A stretch of DNA of 64,000 nucleotides, taken from the NCBI RefSeq assembly GCF_009914755.1, contig NC_060946.1. One strand, given 5' to 3'. The DNA is from the human T2T-CHM13v2.0 reference genome, Homo sapiens. A program made the position numbers and the translations under genes. The notes under the pieces are model-generated. The model worked only from the letters and a program-made list of their open reading frames with translations, was not told the DNA's origin and did no database searches. How positions within the stretch are numbered: the stretch's first letter is position 1; each line of letters opens with the position of its first letter. Positions 12,637-27,999 of the stretch are shown here, in pieces.

Positions 12637-15600
12637 GTGGGAATCCTTTCTTTTTTTCGTATGTTGCCTGATGTACTTTGCTTTGCTGTGATTTATAGGA
12701 GGAAATGTTTTATCAAAACCATGTGGAGTTGGTCAGAGTTAAAGATGCAGGTCCCTGATTAGCTCACAGATTTTTATTTTCTAATAAATAAATTTTAAAA
12801 CAAATAATGGCAAATTTCCTCTGCTAGTACTATCTTGCTTGTCTTCAGTTCCCTCTACAAAAGTAAAAAGAGTATTTTAAATTGAGGTTACAAAATAAAT
12901 GCCTTGGATTCCTGAGACCGGCCTTGGGGTGATGGTGGGAGTTTGTATCACAGTGAGCTGCTGTCTGGTAATAAAAGGCCATTCCTAAAGGCCCAGGCCC
13001 AACCACTTAGCTGATGGCATCAGGACAGAGAGGTTGCCTGGGGTTCTCTGGCGCTGGGCTCTTCGGTCTAGGTAGGGATGTGATACCGACCCAGGAAAGG
13101 TGTGTTCATCAGTTTGGTTTTGCAGGGGACACACTTCAGATCATAGCAGAAGGTGTAGCCAAGTTACCATTTTGTGATTTAGTTTAATATAAAGTGTGTC
13201 TAATTATGGTTTCTTAAATAGTCAGTTGACAGATGATGTACATAATGGGAAAATACTTAAAATTGATTTATGATTCACAGTACATCCAGAATTTGCTGTT
13301 AGAATAGCTCTTTGAGGACTTTATAATTCTCACTGTCTTTGTAATATGTGAAAGGTCAAAATGGTGGTTCTTAATTGGTATTATTGTCTTAGCTATCTGA
13401 AACCAGCTTCTGGGTTTCCTGAGGCACGGCAGGAATGTTTCCCTCTGCAAACCCTGCTTCTAGGTGATGGAGCTTTGCCACATTTTCTCTTTCAGTTGTG
13501 GGATAGCCACATCTCTTTGTTAGTTGGTTTTATCTGTAAAAAAAAAAAAAAGTCCAAATATATGCCTTACCTCTGTTACATAACAAAGATTCTTTAAGTT
13601 AAATGCCTTCCTGGACAGCAGCTTCAAAGACGGATGGGACACAGGGCTGCAGGAGGAAAGGTGACTTGCTTAGGAGTGAGGCTGGGGCAAAGCAGCCATC
13701 TCCATTTCCTTCCAGGCCGGAGCTGCCCCTGGCCCGTGTTGCCTTCTGTCTCTCATCAGGGCCCCTGGACCGCACTGGACCGCCACCCAGTTACTCTGGG
13801 AAACTGATTTGATACACAGATTACTTTGGATTTGCTTAAGGAAATATTAGCTTACCTGGCCTCTTTTGCCACTCCACTGGTTTTAGGAAATTGATAAATT
13901 TGGCGTTGTTTTGAACCTATTTTTTAATGCATTTTAATTTCAGAAAAGATTTCCAAAGGATGACACTAGCATCTATCTGCGAGTTTTACCAAGTGGAATT
14001 CTGTTATGAGTGTTGGAAGAGAAAGTTAATTACGAACAGGTTGCATACATCTTTATTTAGTTACTGTGATAGGTAATAAAAAGGTTCCAGATTATTGTGA
14101 ATTCCCAGACTATTTCTACATTAATATAGATGAGACACGCCTGTGGCAACGCGGTAGTTTTTCCTGTCTGCCTGATGCTTTGAGGCCTCTTAGAACTGCG
14201 CCTTCTGCGTTCTCGCCATCGCCATTTCAGGCAGAGCTGGGCCCGGTGGGGGTTTGGAGACCTTGGTTTCTCCTTTACATCCACTTGGGCGTTTGACCTG
14301 TGGACTGAGCCCGACCAGCCGTCTGACCCGCAGTGGGCAATGCCACCCCTGCACACTGGTGGAGGCAGCAGGAGTGGGGTGGCCTCGGCAGGTTTCCCGC
14401 TTGCTTTCCATCCTTTCTTCATTTGATTTTTATGTGCTCACTCTTCTGCTGAAGATGCTGTGTCAAAGCCACATGGAGAGCCACATGGAGTCAGAGTTAA
14501 ACGTTCATCTGGTCTGTCTTTTCCTCCCTCAGTCAGCTCTCTTGTGGCCTTTTTCTGATTTGCCCAGTTCTGTGTATGATGGGAGGCAGGCGGGATGGAT
14601 GGAGGGGTGCACAGAGCCCCACCTGCCCAGCCTTGTGGAGGACCGCCTCTCTAATGTTGGAGCCTCTCCTGACAATGGGGATGATGGCAGGGGTTGGGTC
14701 TGGTGGATGCTGCCTCGTCTGCTCAATAAATGTGTGACAGGAGCTCCTATGTAAGCGGGCTTTGCTGGCCCTGGTCATGCAGAGGTGGCTCAGACCTGGT
14801 TCCTGCCCTGCAGGAGCTTATGCTGCTCATGCTGGGGACAGATGTGTGTCCACACGAGTGTAACTGTATGGGAGAGCAATTAGGCCGCCAGGACACCCTG
14901 ATGAGAGACCTGGGCCCTTGTCCCTGCTGGCACCTGGGCTCCTGCATGGGGCCAGCTTCAGTCCTTTGGCCCTGCCTGTCTGGATAGAGTAGTGCTGCTT
15001 CTGCCTCCTCCTCTTCCTCCTCCTCCTCGGCAGCACTGCTGCTGGCGGGCCTCCTTTGGCACGCATCACAGATGTGTGTGTGTGCCTCAGCTTACTCCAT
15101 TTGGCTGTTGACTCACAATCTTGATGTTCACCAGTAACGTTTTGAGATACTTGGAGCAGGCATTTTGTAGACAAGGAAACTGAGGCCTGGCCACAGTGTG
15201 ATAAGTGGCAGAGTGATGATGTCCCAGCCTCCTGGGTGTTAGAGTCCTCTGTGGAGATGTGCAAGGATGGGGCGAAATGAAATGCAATTGCAGCATCTCC
15301 CTTGGCATTAAAATGTGCCTGTCTTCCCTCAGTCCATTGGTGCCGTTGTCCTGGATAAACGGGAGCGTGGGCTAGTGTGAGATGTTCACGTGGGATGTCG
15401 GGAGCCTGCCTGTGATGCCAGGCCAAGCCCACAACACTCTTGTTTGGTTGCTTCTTGAACCACAAGTGTCCTCCTCTGCAGTGTTGGGGACTTTATTATG
15501 ACTCTGATGTCAGACGGTGGCCAAGCAGGAACCAGCTGACACTAACAGAGGCTTTCAAAGGCTTCCTTTGAGAAATGTTCTAGATTCCCCCAGGACTTCA

Positions 15601-16025
15601 TAAAGTGGAGAAAAATGTGGCCTCTGTCCAGGAAGAAGCTGTCACAGCTGAAAACTTGTAAACTATTGATGTACTTGAATTGCTGTCTGTGTCAGAGGCT
15701 GAAAATCGATGTTTACTAATTGCTATGGCTGATGTTACTAAGCAGCCGAGGCCTGCTCTGTTTCTAATCATGCAGCAACGGCTGCTGGATAGGGACAGTG
15801 TCAAGCAAGCCTGTCGCCTAGGCCTGGGCGAGCTGTTCAGAGAGAACAGGCTTTGGATACCTCCTTCAGGGGAGAAGGTGGTAACATGGAGAACGAGAAT
15901 CCTCAAGGAGAGAGCGGGGTAGAGGCCGGGGAAGGACTTACCTCAGTATTGCTGTTTTAATCATATCGCTCGTAATGATGTTTGTTGTGACGTAACATAA
16001 ATGTCCGTTTCTCCTGCTTCTCCAG

Positions 16026-16088
16026 ATCCACATAGACATCCCTCGCATGAGCCCTGAAGCGTTGATCCTGCAGCCCAAGGTGACGGAG
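16026..16088 (+). CDS. TBC1D22A: TBC1D22A coding exon (63 nt, phase 0-0): IHIDIPRMSPEALILQPKVTE, contains the IxxDxxR arginine finger
   Basis: Acceptor ttctcctgcttctccag, donor GAG|gtaaga; joins in frame with the previous exon (RQ|IHIDIPR). Confidence 0.96.
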
Positions 16089-16259
16089 GTAAGAAGCTCT
16101 TGCCGTGGGGAGTTCCCCTCGTTGGGAGTGGCTGATGCCCACTGTGCTAACCAGACAGTGGGCGCAGCCGGAGGTGCTTCACCCAGAAGCAAGGTTGCTG
16201 TGGTGAGCTGCCGGTGCATCTAGCCCTTGTGGACACAGTTGCTGACAGGACTTCTATTT

Positions 16260-18320
16260 GTTCTTTAAATATTTTTACTGTATAATATTGACACACAGCG
16301 AAGAATGTATGTAATACATATGTGTGGATGTATGCACTCATGTTCCACCACCAGATTGAGGAAACAGAACCCCCCAGTGCTGCCCAGCTACAAACATGGC
16401 CTTGACCTCAGGCCTGACCCAGAGCACCAAGGCCGCTTGTGTATCCCCCACCCCTGTGCAACCCCCTTCCTGGATGACGCTTTCTTGCCTTTTATGTTTA
16501 CGATTCTTTGTGACTTTCATTCATGGGACAGTAGGGACACAATGTATTCATTTAATTTGGGTCTTTTGGAGCTGCATAACTCTTTGTGTAGTCTGGTCTC
16601 TGCCTCTTGTTTTTTTTTCCTTTATTTATTTAGAGACAAGAGTCTTGCTCTGTCGCCCAGGCTGGAGTACAGTGGTATGATCTCGGCTCACTGCCACCTC
16701 CACCTCCTGGGTTCGGGTGATTCTTTTGCCTCAGCCTCCCTGGGCTGGGATTACAGGCACCCACCACCACGCCCGGCTAATTTTTGTATTTTCTGTAGAG
16801 ATAGGGATTTGCCTTGTTGGCCAGGCTGGTCTTGAACTCCTGACCTCAAGTGATCTGCCCGCCTTGGCCTCCCAAAATGCTGGGATTACAGGTGTGAGCC
16901 ACGGCGCCCGGCGTCTCTCATTGTTTTCTAAGATTCAGCTAATCTGTTGTATCTAGTTACATAATAGTTTGTTATTTAAATATTCCTCACTCTCCTTCGT
17001 CTTCTTCCTGTTGGACATTTGGGTTGTTTCTGATGTTTTGCTGTTAGGAAGGGTGTTATCTGGAGCCTTCACGTACATTTATGCAGGTGCTCACAGGCAA
17101 GATTTCTCTAAGGCTTTTACAAAGGAGTACAATTATTGCATCATTGGGTGTGGTGTGTGCCTGTTGTACCTTCAAGATAATGTCCACAAGCTTCCCAGAC
17201 GGCCGCTACCAAATAAACTGTCCTCTGCAGCGTGTGAGTGTTCCCTCCGCACGCCGCACATCCTTGCCAGTTCTTCATGCTGTGGGACTTCCTGTTTTTG
17301 TTGCTCTGGTGGATATTCCTGTTGCAGTCCTCACGTTTGTTTCTCTGGTTACTCACGGAGTTAAGCATCTCTTTGTATATTTACGGATGTCTTCTGTCTT
17401 TCCCCCTTCTGCGAAATGTTCCTCCTGCCTTTTGCCCATTTTTCTTTTGGTTTGTCGATTCGCTCCTTTATTAGTTGTTGATCTTTACATGGTAAGAATT
17501 CTGATTCTTTGTCAGTTTGTATGTTGTAAAGATCTTCTGCCCTCTGCAGCTTTTCTCTTCCTTTTTTCTTGGTGGATCTTGATGATCAGAAGTTGTTAGC
17601 TCTAGTGTGGTTGAACTTAACAGTCTTTTAAGGTGAGCACTGATGCATGTTATCTAAAGAACTTTTTTCTACACATGAAGGTGTTCACCCAGATTTTCAT
17701 CCAGAAGTTTTGCTTTTCACGCCTCTGTGTTCAGTTCATCTGCAGTTGATGGCCATGTGTGATGGGAGGCAGGAGTCTGTTTAATTTCCTCCTGGGACAG
17801 TGGCAGTCCCCATACTGTTTCTGGGTCCAGCTCATCTCCCATATTTGTTATGTCACTCCTGTTTTCTGTCACTGCCACATTCATATAGATCTGTGTTGTG
17901 TTGTGTTGTTTTTTTGTCGCAGTATTTACGTAGTGTTCCCTTCATATCGCACCCCGCAAGTAATTTAGCTTCATGACGTCCTCCTACCTGGTGGGGGTGC
18001 ACACCGCCCACTGGTTTCCTCTTCACCGTGGACTGGCCAGTCCCACCCCTTGCTCTTCCACGTACGTCTCAGAGTCAGTTTGCCAAGGTCTTTCACTTGT
18101 TTTTTGTTTTTTGGGTCTGTTTGGTTTATGACTGGAATTGCATGGAATCTTTCTATTCCATGGAAAGTTAGGGGTCAGAAAAGACAGTTTTTAGTTTGGG
18201 AGAATGGATAGCTTTATGAAATTAAATATTCATTTTTGTGAATGTGCTAGTTCCTCTTTTAAAAGTCATTTTTAATGCTTTTCAGTGAAGGTTTTGAATT
18301 TCCCCTATGAAGCGTCTCGT
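16260..18320 (-). mobile_element. Degenerate old L1 (L1ME-like) fragments, interrupted by an Alu
   Basis: ggacatttgggttgtttc, gttaagcatctctttgtatattta and gaagttgtta... antisense L1 motifs; boundaries approximate. Confidence 0.5.
16610..16912 (-). mobile_element. AluSx/Sz-like
   Basis: Full Alu dimer on the minus strand. Confidence 0.92.
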
Positions 18321-18325
18321 ACATG

Positions 18326-18977
18326 TGTTACCGGTGGAGGGTGTCCAGGTTCTTGGTGCTTTGAACAAAGAATTGGACAAAATGCACAAACAAAGCTAGG
18401 AAAGAATGAAGCAGCAAAAGCAGACATTTATTGAAAATGAAAGCACACTCCACAGGTCGGGAGTGGACCTGAGCAAGCAGCTCAAGGGCCTGGTAACTGG
18501 ATTTTCTGGGGTTTAAATACCCTCTAGAGGTTTCCCATCGGTTACTTAGTGTACACCCTATGTAAATGAAGTAGTGGCCCGCTATCAGTCTGATTGGTTG
18601 CAGAAAGCGACCAATGAGAGGCTGAAGTGAAGCACCCTATGCAAATGTCTGATTGGTTGCAGAAAGTGACCAATCAGAGGCTGAAGTCACAAAATTATAT
18701 TCCTATGCAGATGAAGACTTGGCCTGGGACCAGGCTGCTAGGTTGCTGGAGGGGACCAATCAGAGGTACTTTCAGTTTTTCATCTGCCACGCAGAAGAGG
18801 GGTGGATTGTGAAGGCAGTAGCCTCTGGTCCTTTTGTTACCTGGGCATGGAAAGTTGTTTTTTTTTGTTTTGTTTCGTTTTGTTTTTTTTTGTGTTTTTT
18901 TTTTTTTTTTTAGTTCTAGGAAGCTAGTGTGAATTGGCCTTAGGTTACCTGCCTCCAGACCCTATTCTCCTGCCTGA
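18326..18977 (-). mobile_element. ERV1 solo LTR MER51A/B
   Basis: Ends tgttaccgg... and ...cctattctcctgcctga; TSD catg/cgtg; repeated CCAAT modules typical of MER51. Confidence 0.85.
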
Positions 18978-19547
18978 CGTGTTTTATTAGATTTATTCTT
19001 AGTTATCACATGTTTTTCTTGTTATAGTAAATGTTATCTCTTTAAAGCTGAAATTTTTATTATTTGAGATATTTTGTTTTGCATGTTGATTGCTTCAGTA
19101 AAGGCACGTTTAAACTTTGACATTTCTTGTCTGTGCAGTAAATCTGTTAAAAAAAAACTTTAGGATTGTTAAAGCAAAAGTATTTACAGATTGTAGAATA
19201 CAAAAAGAGAAAATTAGTATCCAACAGAAGTAGTCATTTTGAGACACTTCTCTTTGATTGTCCTTTTTAGTAGTTGTGCCTATCATACCTGGAAAATGAG
19301 ATAATTTGTTATAACCTCCTTTTTACTTACGATTTTAAAAATGGGAAATAGAGCCTGCCACAGGACCTTTGGTTTATTCTTATTTATTTTTTCCTACCAC
19401 TTGCTGCATTCTTTGTACAGCTGACCTCTCAGGCCTCTTGGTCTCAGAGTGTGGACCCTGAGTCACGGCTAGTGGTAGCAATTGGCAATTGGTCCTCTTG
19501 TCTCTGACCACCATGGGCCTTGAGCTGTTGGTTTGGAAAGCCTCCCC

Positions 19548-20161
19548 TGTCAATTGAGAAAAATGATGAGACAACGCTCAATCATTTTTAGGAGGTTTAT
19601 TTGCCAAAGTTAAGGACACACGCCTGGGAGACAGGTCTATGTCTTTCTCCCGGGATGATTTTCAGGGCTCCAAATTTAAAGGGGACAGGGCTGGATATTG
19701 AGAAGTGCACAGTTTTCATATATGAGGGAGACAGAGAAAAACATTCATGCCTTTGTCTGGCTCAGTGAATCTGCATTTTTTTTTTAACCTAAAACGACAT
19801 AGACAAATGGAGCAGAGGGAAAATGCAGGGAGTCTGCATGTTACATAAGATAACCTAGACACAATGGGGCAGGGAACAATCAGATATGCATTTGTGTCTG
19901 GTGGGCTGGGGTGCACCTGTGAACATAAGTTGTCCATTTACACTGCCATGGTGAAATTTTTACAGAAACACCTTAAAAGATCTTGCAGCTCACTAGGAAT
20001 TTCCTTGTGGGCAAAATATGGGGGAGGCATGTAGCTTCATCGTGTAGCCATCTTATTTTGGAACCAAAAGGGGAAGGCAAGTTTGCATGGCCCAGGTCCC
20101 AGCTTGACTTTTCCCTTTGGCTCAATGAGTTTGGGATTTTGAAATTCAATTTCCTTTCACT
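19548..20161 (-). mobile_element. ERV1 solo LTR, MER4 group (MER4A-like)
   Basis: gtttatttgccaaagttaaggac and cagcttgacttttcccttt...tttcctttcac; clearly related to the 1293-1692 LTR. Confidence 0.75.
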
Positions 20162-20406
20162 CCCTCTGCAGTGGGTCTTGCTCAGGTCCTATGTGCTCCC
20201 CCTGGGGGTGCTGATCCTCTCCAGGTCCCAGTTCAGCAAGGCTTGGCAGAGTGGATCAACTTGGAGGGTAGATGAGCTTCTGGGAGAGCCAGGCTCCTGC
20301 AGGCTGGCAGAGTGTGAAGAGTGGGTAACCTGAGCACAGCCTTGTGTGTGTGGGGAAACTGAATGATGAGCAAGGGGCTTTAGGAAAGTATTGAAATGTT
20401 TGTCTT

Positions 20407-20768
<362 letters not shown>

Positions 20769-20879
20769 TTAGATTTCAATACATCTGCAAGTGATGGCAA
20801 ATCCCGAATGTGCCTTCACAGGCCAGAACTCGATTACTATCTCCAGTACGAGGTCATTGTCAGCACATTGTTTGTTCCT

Positions 20880-21180
20880 CTATATGCTTGGCTTTGACCT
20901 CATGGTCCAAGGTGGCTGGCCTAGCACTCTTTATCACATTTGCATTCCACTAGCAGGGATAATAAGACGTGGGTAGAGAATGCCATACCCCCACTTTAAA
21001 GATGTGTCCCAGCAGCTGCTCATAGCACTTCTGCTTGTTTCCTACTGGCTGTAACTTAGCCTGTCATCCAAAGTGACATGGTTGTATACTTAGCTGTATG
21101 GATCAGGGAAAATGTAACTTTGATTTTTTTAGTTGTGTGCTCCCCTAAAGTTTGGGCTGCTAATAGGAAGAAGGATTTCT
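20880..21180. mobile_element. Old MaLR LTR fragment (MLT1-like)
   Basis: catggtccaaggtggctg...cacttctgcttgtttcctactggc...gacatgg pattern; approximate. Confidence 0.45.
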
Positions 21181-21322
21181 GCCGTAAGCATCCCTCCAAC
21201 CCCCTGCATCTATCGAAACATTTGCTTATCCATTCCACAGGTGATGGCTGGGTCCACTGTGATCAGTTTCTACTTTCCTTCTTCCTCCTTTTCTCCTTCC
21301 CTTTCTCTTTCTCTCCCTCTGG

Positions 21323-22400
<1,078 letters not shown>

Positions 22401-25341
22401 GTGTATTTCAGAAGTTTGTTGGCATCTAACGTGCCAGGCCACACTGCAGGATTAAGTTTGCTAACATGTGATGTGCCACGCTGCCAGACGTGGAAGCCAG
22501 GTTTCTCTTTAATTTGGAAAGTGCTTTCTGACCATTGTACTGATTCTTCAGTTATGCCCGGATGTGGAATCCTCTCAGCTGCGTTGTTTTCTCTGGTAAT
22601 AGTGATGTGATCCTTGGTGTGAAAGTATTGTTTATTTTCAGTACTTAGTTCTTTGGACATAAGGAAACCTCTGTGTTTTGCTAACCTGTTAAGACACCTG
22701 ACGTGGGCACAAAACGTGGGCTGTAAATTAACGTATTTGAATGAGGTGAATGTTGAGTAATTCACACACCAAATGTGGCATTACTGCTCATCGCGAGAGA
22801 GTTCTACCCATTAATTAGGTTGTAAACATATAGTCAGTAGTTTTGGTATACTCAGTGTGGATTTTATGTGATATATGGTTGCCTTTTAACCCAATTCTAG
22901 ATTTCTACAGTTCGATTTTGGTTTCATTCATCAAGTGTTATAACTCACATGGGGGGGGATGTTCCTTGAATCATGTTGCAGAAACTTGAGTTGTAAATAA
23001 TTTCTTCTTTCTGAGGCTACGATGCTTCTGGATTTTGAGGGCTGTACATCCCACAGGTCTTCTCAGTAGAATTCTCTATTTTGCTCCTCTCCCAGAAATT
23101 ATCTCCATGGCGCTTTGTATACCGTGATGTCACATTGCTGATGCATATAGAATTATGATGTTTTAAAATTTCTCAAATCAGATTGTTTATAAGTAAACGT
23201 GAGTACAGCAACATTTTCAATTTCAATATAGTTCCTTTTTAGTTATGCAAAATCTCTGAGCTCCCTCGTGTGCACTGAACTGCTGGTGTTCTGGGCCTGC
23301 CTTGGAGGCATGCGGGGTGTTTGTTAGGTGGACACGGTGAAGACCGGGGTCCTTAGTAGGGGACCTCAAGCCCCTCCTGGGAGCCTTCTGTGGGAGAGTG
23401 CTGTTGAGGTTTTTAGGAAGAACCTTTTCCTTCCGAATTAGCATGCATGTTCTGGCGTTCAGATTTCTGAAGTTTGGCAAGCAAGCTGGGAATACCTCTG
23501 GTTTTTAAATTTCTTCAGCCCTGGTGGTACCCAGTAGTAGCAACCATTTTTATTATTGTTGAGTATTAACTGATTTGCAGAAAAGATACTTTGGGAAGAG
23601 TTTAAAGTTTGTACTACTTTTAATGAATTCCCACTCTCTAACAAAGACGTGAACATCAAGAATGTTACTAGAACTTTAGTAGCTAATGATATCCAGTGAG
23701 TACTTCTTGTTTGAACCATTTCAGATTATTCTGTGTTGTCCTTAAACACAGCCGCATCCTTAGGGCGTCCTTCCTTTATTGCCCTTTGCTAGATAATATC
23801 ACCACTTAAGCGACAGCTCACTTGCTGGAATGCGAGTTGCTGTCCTGGGACAGAGCCCCGCTGTGTCCGCTAAACCAGCCCTTCCACTGAGCTGACTCTT
23901 CGCCTCCACTCAGAGTCCCGTTCAAGTGGGCACGTTGTTTTCACCTTTCCTGCGATAACTGCAAGCAACACACCTGCATTTTTGACACACAAAGTTGTAA
24001 TGGTTGTGATTCCCGAAGAACACCAGCAGACAGACACCCGGTGGGCACGTGGGGACACGAAGACTCAGATGTCTCTGTCCTCAGCAGCGCACAGTTGAAG
24101 TGAGGGATGAAGACAGATGTGCGTGAAACCCAGAGAGATCATATACAGTTGTCAATGAAACCACAGTTTGTATCCTGCCGACTGCATTCCAGGGTGGCTG
24201 AAAGAATTGGAGAAGACAGCCCGAGGAGGGGCAGCGTATGGGGCAGTCCACTCTGGAGGGTCATGCCCAATTGCTGGGGCCGCCTCACGTCTCTGCTCTG
24301 TGATTTCTTCTATTTCCTGGCCCGGTTGGGCCGCGGATCTCTCCCTGGTGCACCTGGAGTCTCTGTGGATCTCTTTCCTCAGGGGACTCTGCAACCCAGC
24401 CTCACGCCCTGCAGGGGGTCACAGACCTCAGCCTGGTGGGCGTTCGGGACCGAGGGCTGAGGGCCGAGGGTTGAGGTGAAGTGCAGTGGCACAGCCATCC
24501 CAGGCTGCAGGCGAAGGGGCTCCCCTTCGAGAACCCACAGGATGGTAGCAGAGCGAAGTTCAGCCTGCGGGGGCGTCTGTACTCGGGGAAGCTGTGGACC
24601 AGGCATGGAGCCAGCCTGTTTGCCCTCCCCGCCCTGATGGCTGCTCCGGCTGGCTAGGCCTCTTCTCTGAGATTCTTGGCTTAGTACCTCTGGCTTTTGC
24701 CGCTTGAATTTGGGGACCTGTCGGCTCTTCCTGTTTCGCTTCAGTGGACTTCCACCCTAGCTCTCGCCTCTGGTTGCTGCTCTGAGCGTGAGTCTAGAGG
24801 GACCAGCAAGGTCCTGAGGGAGTTGCGAGGAATCGGGCCCTGTCCAGGGGCATGGGGAGTCTGAGAGGCCCCCTCAATGTTTTGCAGCAGCCAGGTCTTC
24901 CCCCTGCCTGCCCCAGCAGGGTAAGAAGCAGCACACAGGAGTGTATTTCCTCTCGGCTGGGCCGCTGCTGTGAGACAGCCCCAGTGGACGGGGGTGGAAA
25001 GGAATCTCCTTGAAGAGATTCTTACCTGACTTCTTTTCTGGCTGAGACTGTCTAAGGCAGCAGTGGAGGCACTGGGTAGTGGTTGGGACTGAGGGGTGGT
25101 AGGAACTCCCAGCAAACCGGGAAAAGCATCAGTTGCTCAGAGCTTGCTGGGCTGCTGCCGAGTGCCCCGCTGCCCGTGGACGCACCTTCAAGGGAGGTGG
25201 CATGCTTAATTTTTACCCAGACCCCTTTAAGTGTCACCCTGTAGACTTTGAAAATGCTTATTTGGAAAAAAATGATATGAAATCTGTCATATATATGTAT
25301 ATATATATGTGTATGTATACATATATACATATCTAAATAAA

Positions 25342-25394
<53 letters not shown>

Positions 25395-25424
25395 CCTACC
25401 TACCTACCTACCTACCTACCTACC
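25342..25424. repeat. Compound tetranucleotide STR (ATCT)13(ACCT)7, preceded by a TA-rich tract at ~25289-25331
   Basis: Counted directly. Confidence 0.95.
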
Positions 25425-25630
25425 AGTCTGAGAGCAAAAGCTTAGAACTGGCTCAATGCGGTTTTTTGAAAAAAGAATAAAAAAAAAGGTACGATTATTT
25501 GATGCAGGGCTTCAGAGTCCCACAGCATGTGTCCTTTGGTGTTGGGGATGGGACCTCTTTTTCTTATAACAGGCTTTCAGTGATGTCTATGTGGCGAGCT
25601 CATTGTGGTGAAAATCACGCGGCAAGATAA

Positions 25631-26322
<692 letters not shown>

Positions 26323-27999
26323 GAGAAAATGTTTTAAAGCCTCTGTGGCTTTCAGAGGGGGACGGTGGGGACTCTTAGGCACCACAGTACAAATCAGGTG
26401 ATTTCGGAAGGAGTTTTTAAAATGATACTAAATTGCTTTGGGATTAGAACTAGTTTTTGCCATTTCAAAACACCAGCATAACTCATATGAAGTGATTCAA
26501 GACAAAAGATAAAAAGGAATGAGGCAGTGAAAACAACAGCAAGCAGCAAGGAAAGGGAAGCCTGGGCCTGGAGGAGGCCTCTGTCCTTTCTGATGGAGAC
26601 AGTCATCCTGTGAGTTGGCTTCATAGCTTGCCAGCATGAAGAGGAGCTCAGGGTCTGTGCCTGTCGCCTCTGCTCAGAGCCTTTCATGAGCAAGTTGGTA
26701 AAGCAGCAGATTGATTTGGGTCCGTGCAGGGTGTCCTGAGTAGCCATCCCCTGGGCTAGCATCCTTAGCTTCCAGCCCTGCAGCCGGCCCCGGGGAGGAG
26801 GGCACGGGGTGGCCGCTGGAAGAGAAGCCTGCGGTCGGTTGGCGGGTGGGGGACAGGCGGGGCCTCTGGGGACTGAGCTGAGTGGGTCTCTCAAGGCGGA
26901 CACGCGAGGGCCAGCGGTCCCAGAAGTTGGGGCCAAGGGAGCCTCTGGGGCATGGCCAGGGATGTCCTGAACCTAGGGGCCAAGCTTCCCCCTGCCTTGC
27001 TGGTTTCCCACAGGCTGTTCCTCAACCTGTGGGCGGGCAGGAATCAGTGGTCCTTCTCCATCCTTCTGGGGGCATGACCTTCCCGTGTCCCAGACGTTCT
27101 CTGTTTATGGAACCTTGTTTCCATTATTGTAGGTGTTGGGGATTTTCCTCCTGAGTCTAGACAAGGCTGATCTGTGGTAGCATTTTGAGGATAGGTTTCT
27201 GTCTGCTGTGTTGGTGGGATGGCTGCCCCTTTTGCAGTTTCCTGGTGGGTGGTGGGAGGTCCTGGCAGGTGGGGCTCACATTAGCCTCTCAGCCACGTGC
27301 GGGGCGCCTGGGACCTGCGACCTGCGTTTGGCTTAGTCCAGGGTGGAGCCATCTTGGTTCTTGGCTTGCCCTCAGCACAGCAGTGATGGGAGAAAGGGCA
27401 GCTGCAGGAAATTCAAGCAGTTATTTACCTTTTCTTCCCTACTGCTACCCAAAAAAATGTAAATCGTATATGTTTTCTTACTTTCTAAATTAATAGCTAT
27501 CGTTGGAGGGAGATAAGCAGCCAGAAGGTGAGTTTAGATCCATAATTACATGGAGAGCAAGGAGAGCCTGCCCAGAATAAATGTTGGGGAGGGGCTGCAC
27601 AGCTCTGTGTGGTTTGTGGCAGTGATTTAATTGGCGAGGCTGGTGTGCATTTAGGATAGGTTAGCTGCCTGGGCGCCGCTGTCTACAGTGGGAATGGTGG
27701 GCCTGAACACAGCTTGCAGGCAGCACATCCCTCAGCAGGAAAGACGCTCAGGCCTCCTCTTAGTAGCAGAGACTCTGCGCTGATGGCAGGCGCGGGAGCA
27801 CTCACCATGGGTTTCATCTGGCAGGGCCTCTCCATCCCAGATCCTTGGAATAGGAAGGCTTGGAAATAGGAAGGCTTTTCAGGGAGAAAAGAAACAGCTC
27901 TCCACCTACGAGCAAGTCACTAAGGAAAGGCTGCTCGCTCCGTTTCTCAGCCACATGTACTTCCCAGATAGACCCTGAGCTGTTTCACTGGCCCGTGGC

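Noticed and set aside
12478-12762. 94-aa ORF as a stand-alone gene
   Set aside because: Only 12508-12636 is exon; the rest is intronic read-through
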